Assembly: GCA_038087875.1 (NCBI GenBank)
Contig: CM075985.1
Coordinates: 17,360,001 to 17,424,000, forward strand
From: Malacoraja senta
Taxonomy: Eukaryota
Length of the DNA stretch: 64,000 bases
Direction of reading: 5' to 3'
The stretch's first letter is position 1. Every line of letters starts with the position of its first letter. Shown one piece after another: positions 60,001 to 64,000 of the stretch. Below the pieces are notes generated by a model. It searched no databases and was not told the origin of the DNA. It worked only from the letters and a program-made list of their open reading frames with translations. Made by a program: the position numbers and the translations under genes.

Positions 60001-63000
60001 CTCAGTCAGATTGGATGGAGAGCGTCTGTGAACAGCAATTTTCAAGTCTTGCCAGAGATTCTCAATTGGATTTAGGTCTGGACTTGGACTGGGCCATTCT
60101 AACACATGAATATGCTTTGATCTAAACCATTCCATTGTAGCTCTGGCTGTATGTTTAGGGTCGTTGTCCTGCTGGAAGGTGAACCTCCGCCCCAGTCTCA
60201 AGTCTTTTGCAGACTCTTAACAGGTTTTCTTCCAAGATTGCCCTGTATTTGGCTCCATCCATCTTCCCATCAACTCTGACCAGCTTCCCTGTCCCTGCTG
60301 AGAGAGTGGTGAATCTCTGGAACTCTCTGCCACAGAAGGTAGTTGAGGCCAGTTCATTGGCTATATTTAAGAGGGAATTAGATGTGGCCCTTGTGGCTAA
60401 AGGGATCAGGGGGTATGGAGAGAAGGCAGGTACAGGATACTGAGTTGGATGATCAGCCATGATCATATTGAATGGTGGTGCAGGCTCGAAGGGCCGAATG
60501 GCCTACTCCTGCACCTATTTTCTATGTTTCTATGCTGAAGAAAAGCATCCCCACAGCATGATGCTGCCACCACCACGTTTCACAGTGGGGATGGTGTGTT
60601 CAGGGTGATGTGCAGTGTTAGTTTTCCGCCACACATAGCGTTTTGCATTTAGGCCAAAAACTTCAATTTTGGTCTCATCTGACCAGAGCACCTTCCTCCA
60701 CATGTTTGCTGTGTCCCCCACATGGCTTGTGGCAAACTGCAAACGGGACTTCTTATGGCTTTTTTTCAAACAATGGCTTTCTTCTTGCCACTCTTCCATA
60801 AAGGCCCGATTTGTGGAGTGCACGACTAATAGTTGTCCTGTGGACAGATTCTCCCACCTGAGCTGTGGATCTCTGCAGCTCCTCCAGTGTTACCATGGCT
60901 GCTTCTCTGATCAATGCTCTCCTTGCCCGGCCTGTCAGTTTAGGTGGACGACCATGTCTTGGTAGGTTTGCAGTTGTGCCATACTCTTTCCATTTTCGGA
61001 TGATGGATTGAAAAGTGCTCCGTGAGATGTTCAAAGCTTGGGATATTTTTTATAACCTAACCCTGCTTTAAACTTCTCCACAACTTTATCCCTGACCTGT
61101 CTGGTGTGTTCCTTGGGCTTCATAATGCTGTTTGTTCACTAATGTTCTCTAACAAACCTCTGAGGCCTTCACAGAACAGCTGTATTTATACTGAGATTAG
61201 ATTACACACAAGTGGACTCTATTTACTAATTAGGTGACTTCTGAAGGCAATTGGTTGCACTGGATTTTATTTAGGGGTATCAGAGTAAAGGGGGCTGAAT
61301 ACTTTTGCATGCCATACTTTTCAGTTTTTTATTTGTAAAAAAATTTGAAAACCATGTATCATTTTCCTTCCACTTCACAATTATGCGCCACTTTGTGTTG
61401 GTCTATCACATAAAATCCCAATAAAATACATTTACGTTTGTGGTTGAAACGACAAAATGTGGAAAAGTTCAAGGGGTATGAATACTTTTGCAAGCCACTG
61501 TAGGACTGATTTCAGTGGGCATCCATGGACATGGAGCTTTATGCCATGCACAGAAAAAGTGTTTCAAGGCTTACTGTGAAAATGTATTCAATGAACTACA
61601 TTAGTACATTGTTGTTTATAGTTACATGAAAAACTTGTTGATTAGAACTATTAGAAGAGAAATTATGAATTTGATGTTTTTCTTTCAGTTACAGAAGACA
61701 TGTATGTTGAGCAACTTGAAAATTCTGAGAATCCTTTGAGGTGTCCCATTAAACTCTATGACTTCTACCTCTTCAAATGGTGAGGCATACCAGGTTTCTT
61801 TCGTGCTGCAATTGTGATTTTCTTTTAAGTTGCACTGTTCTCTATTCTTGATGTTTCTGTTTATTATCATATGAAGGATTTATTTTAGTCCATGCATTGT
61901 ATGAGCAGGCCCAAACTGAGTGAAATTATCTTTTAAGGTTATTAAAATTGAAAGACTTTAATGATCATTTTTTACTCCATGTTGAATATAATGCAATTAA
62001 GTTCAATTTTTGAATCTTTTTGTCAGTTGGTTAGGTTTCTATCTTTTTGTGTGCTCGTTGACTTTCCTCCAATTATTCTTGCATTTGGTGCTGATGCCTC
62101 ACTTATATATTGTGGAATATATCAAGTTATATTCCACAACAACCCTTGTCTGCAACCTGCGCTGTCTTGGTTCACGCAGGTGTAGAATGTTTCTTGTTTT
62201 GTGGAGTTGTGAATAGAGCTGAATATTCATGGTCATCAGTGGTGATGAAGTGGCTCAAGATGGATGGCCTAGGACACGGTCCTGAGGAACTATAAAGCAA
62301 TATCATGAGCCTGGGAATGATTTTACCTTTGATAATCAAAACCATCTTTTTTGTTTGAGATATGACTCCATCTATTGGTATGTTTCCCCTTGATGCCCAT
62401 TTAGTTTGGTTTAACCAGGGCTCCCAAGTGCCATACCATCAAATCATGTGAAGTTTCTCTTGCCTTCCCTTTGAACCAAGGTTGCTTCAAGCTGTGTGCT
62501 CTTGATTGGGCACCAGTAATGTGGTTTATTGGTGACACACTGGTCATCCTGAGGAGTACTTTCAGCAACAGACTGGTTCCACCAAGATGCAGTACAGAAC
62601 GCCACAGGAAATCCTTCTTCCCTGTGGCTCTCAAACTGTACAATTCCTCCCCATTCTGTCGTGAGGTAGACTGACCCCCCCCCCCCCCCCCTCCGTCTTT
62701 GCACATCCCCAATCCTTTCTATTCAGCACTTTAATTTCATGTATCTTGTGTTTTATGACTGTTGGCAGATGAATATCGCTCCTGGGATAAATAAAGTTCT
62801 ATCGTATCGTAACCGTGTTACTTGGAGTTGTTCTATACATTTGACAGTAGACTGGGTCCTCATTAGCCTGATTGGATTTGACCTGTGTTCCCTCTTAGAA
62901 CTTTTACATAAAACATCAGTTATTTTTTTTGCCTTCCAAATGTTAATTTTGTTAGGAATTATGTAATTAACCAAAGAATTCACATTGGTTTTACTTAATA

Positions 63001-63420
63001 TTATTCCATGCATGAGACTAAAATTGGACCTCTCTACAATTTTTTTATGTTAGCTATATGACTTAATTAATGAAAGCATAATGTTTCTTCCATGATGTAA
63101 GGTTGCATTTCCAATTCTCTTGAAATTTTGGATTTATCTCAGACTGAGAGTTTAGTTTAATTTCTTGCTTTTATTTTTCATTATTCGACTGAATAACTCT
63201 GGCATGTCATTTTCCATTTTAATGTAGTCCGCAGAGTGCTAAAGGACGAAATGATGCCTTCTACTTGAATGCCGAACCAGTGGTTGCGCCAAATAGTCCA
63301 ATATGGTATTCAACGCAACCTGTCAGCTATGAAGCAATGGAACAAATGTTGACCAGAATCCTAATGATAAGGGAGGTGCAAGAAGCTTGCGCAAATACGC
63401 ATATTCCTTCATTCCAATGA
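50044..63420 (+). CDS. QRICH1: QRICH1 / QRICH1-like transcriptional regulator, 8 coding exons, 671 aa: join(50044..51072,53206..53377,54703..54857,55015..55129,58397..58505,58782..58933,61689..61779,63228..63420)
   Basis: N-terminus [44 protein letters not shown] and C-terminal DUF3504-type region ([58 protein letters not shown]) match QRICH1. All introns are GT-AG with compatible phases; 2016 nt ending in TGA. Ortholog versus paralog is unresolved. Confidence 0.93.
51251..51474 (+). mobile_element. Young CR1 3' fragment
   Basis: CR1 3'UTR with (TATTGTC)n tail. Confidence 0.88.
53206..53377 (+). CDS. QRICH1: QRICH1 coding exon 2
   Basis: ttgtag|ACTCAA ... GGAA|gtaatg; encodes [20 protein letters not shown]. 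Confidence 0.9.
54703..54857 (+). CDS. QRICH1: QRICH1 coding exon 3
   Basis: gttag|GACGCCAG ... CAAAAG|gtagtc; encodes RQPMKFRED...FLCIQK. Confidence 0.93.
55015..55129 (+). CDS. QRICH1: QRICH1 coding exon 4
   Basis: ttacag|CATATG ... CTTG|gtaagt; encodes [29 protein letters not shown]. Confidence 0.93.
55642..57451. mobile_element. Large composite foldback element with Harbinger-type TIRs
   Basis: Termini GGGCCTGTCCCA / TGGGACAGGCCC with TWA flanks; internal inverted arms 55728-56244 / 56812-57268. Confidence 0.8.
57525..58110 (+). mobile_element. Very old CR1 RT fragment
   Basis: Degenerate QSQ..MKGK..LTNL, KGEPVD, WQMEYN motifs. Confidence 0.65.
58397..58505 (+). CDS. QRICH1: QRICH1 coding exon 5
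   Basis: gatag|GTTATG ... ACCAA|gtatga; encodes [35 protein letters not shown]. Confidence 0.93.
58782..58933 (+). CDS. QRICH1: QRICH1 coding exon 6
   Basis: ttacag|GTATTTT ... GAAAG|gtggtg; encodes [20 protein letters not shown]...AGQK. Confidence 0.92.
59667..61500 (-). mobile_element. Tc1 DNA transposon, IR/DR type, DD34E transposase pseudogene (ATG 61123 to stop 59877)
   Basis: About 200-bp TIRs CAGTGGCTTGCAAAAGTATTCATACCCC; TA TSD at 59665-59666 / 61501-61502; [27 protein letters not shown]...SPDLNPIE (34 aa spacing). Confidence 0.96.
60302..60532 (+). mobile_element. Young CR1 3' fragment inserted into the Tc1 transposase
   Basis: TSD TGCTGA at 60296-60301 / 60533-60538. Confidence 0.92.
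61689..61779 (+). CDS. QRICH1: QRICH1 coding exon 7
   Basis: tttcag|TTACAG ... AAATG|gtgagg; encodes [29 protein letters not shown]. Confidence 0.93.
62541..62811 (+). mobile_element. Rex1/Babar LINE 3' end
   Basis: [26 protein letters not shown], then AATAAAGTTC(TATCG)n. Confidence 0.82.
63228..63420 (+). CDS. QRICH1: QRICH1 last coding exon
   Basis: atgtag|TCCGCAG ... TTCCAATGA; encodes [28 protein letters not shown]... Confidence 0.93.
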
Positions 63421-63783
63421 AAAACTCCCCAAGCTGCATGATGAGGGAAGAAACTGCTTGACAGTAGCAACTCATAGGATATTATTTTATGGAAGACAAG
63501 TATCTTGCCTTTTCCTGCGCTCTCAGAAGATGTTCATGCACGATGTTCTTGAGAACTTGTGAATTATGAAAATGGATGTCAAAATTTGTAAACCCAGTGG
63601 AAATTTTGGGTGGATTATGTTCCAGTTCTAAAAGCCTGACCAGTTCTATTGTTTCTTTAAACTATACTGAAATACGTAACGGTTCAACTGAACAAACTGT
63701 AAATAAGAGGAAAATTTAAAAACTATTTCTAGTTGGTGGTAGTAAAGTTTGCTAATTATCTTTAAATTTAACAAAGCTTTGAA

Positions 63784-63789
63784 ATTAAA
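63784..63789 (+). terminator. Possible ATTAAA polyadenylation signal in the QRICH1 3'UTR
   Basis: ATTAAA hexamer about 360 nt after the stop codon; the UTR may extend beyond the window. Confidence 0.25.
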
Positions 63790-64000
63790 TATAAATTATG
63801 TGCATTCCAATTTGTGGCAACACAGATAATTGTGATCATTGTATAACTTAATTACTTTGGATCTAGACTCCAATTCCGTCTCAACCTGTATTACTGATGC
63901 TTCCATGAACAGTCGTCTTTTTAGCAGACTGATATGTTCTTTAACATGTTTTTGTATGTAATGTACCTGGTGTACTTCTGTGCCTAATGTGGATATTCCA

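Noticed and set aside
1-64000. CRISPR arrays, operons or other prokaryote-type systems
   Set aside because: The window is eukaryotic; tandem repeats lack unique spacers and all long ORFs are QRICH1 exons, TE remnants or low-complexity artefacts

Overview
Vertebrate genomic DNA, most likely a skate or ray (inferred from HER1-type CR1 LINEs, HE1/V-SINEs and abundant Penelope-derived short repeats). One protein-coding gene is supported: a QRICH1 family gene on the + strand with 8 coding exons (50044-63420), all GT-AG and phase-consistent, giving a 2016-nt CDS (671 aa). Its probable promoter is a CpG island at about 17.2-18.7 kb with two NRF1-type GCGCATGCGC sites, a CCAAT box and an 865-bp C-rich minisatellite, implying a roughly 31-kb first intron. 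Most of the rest is a dense, nested transposon landscape: CR1, Rex1/Babar, RTEX-like and Penelope retroelements, a CsRn1-like Gypsy remnant, a Tc1 (DD34E), Harbinger-type MITEs, non-autonomous Helitrons and V-SINEs. The most notable observations are: many dispersed minimal hammerhead-ribozyme motifs in Penelope-derived mini-elements, a 1.8-kb foldback MITE with telomere-like repeats, a head-to-tail Helitron trimer, templated flank copies at CR1 junctions, a multi-layer nested insertion, and a candidate 35-nt 5'UTR exon that would create an ATF4-like overlapping uORF. No wholly new gene system is evident. Most ORFs in the supplied track are TE fragments or noise.
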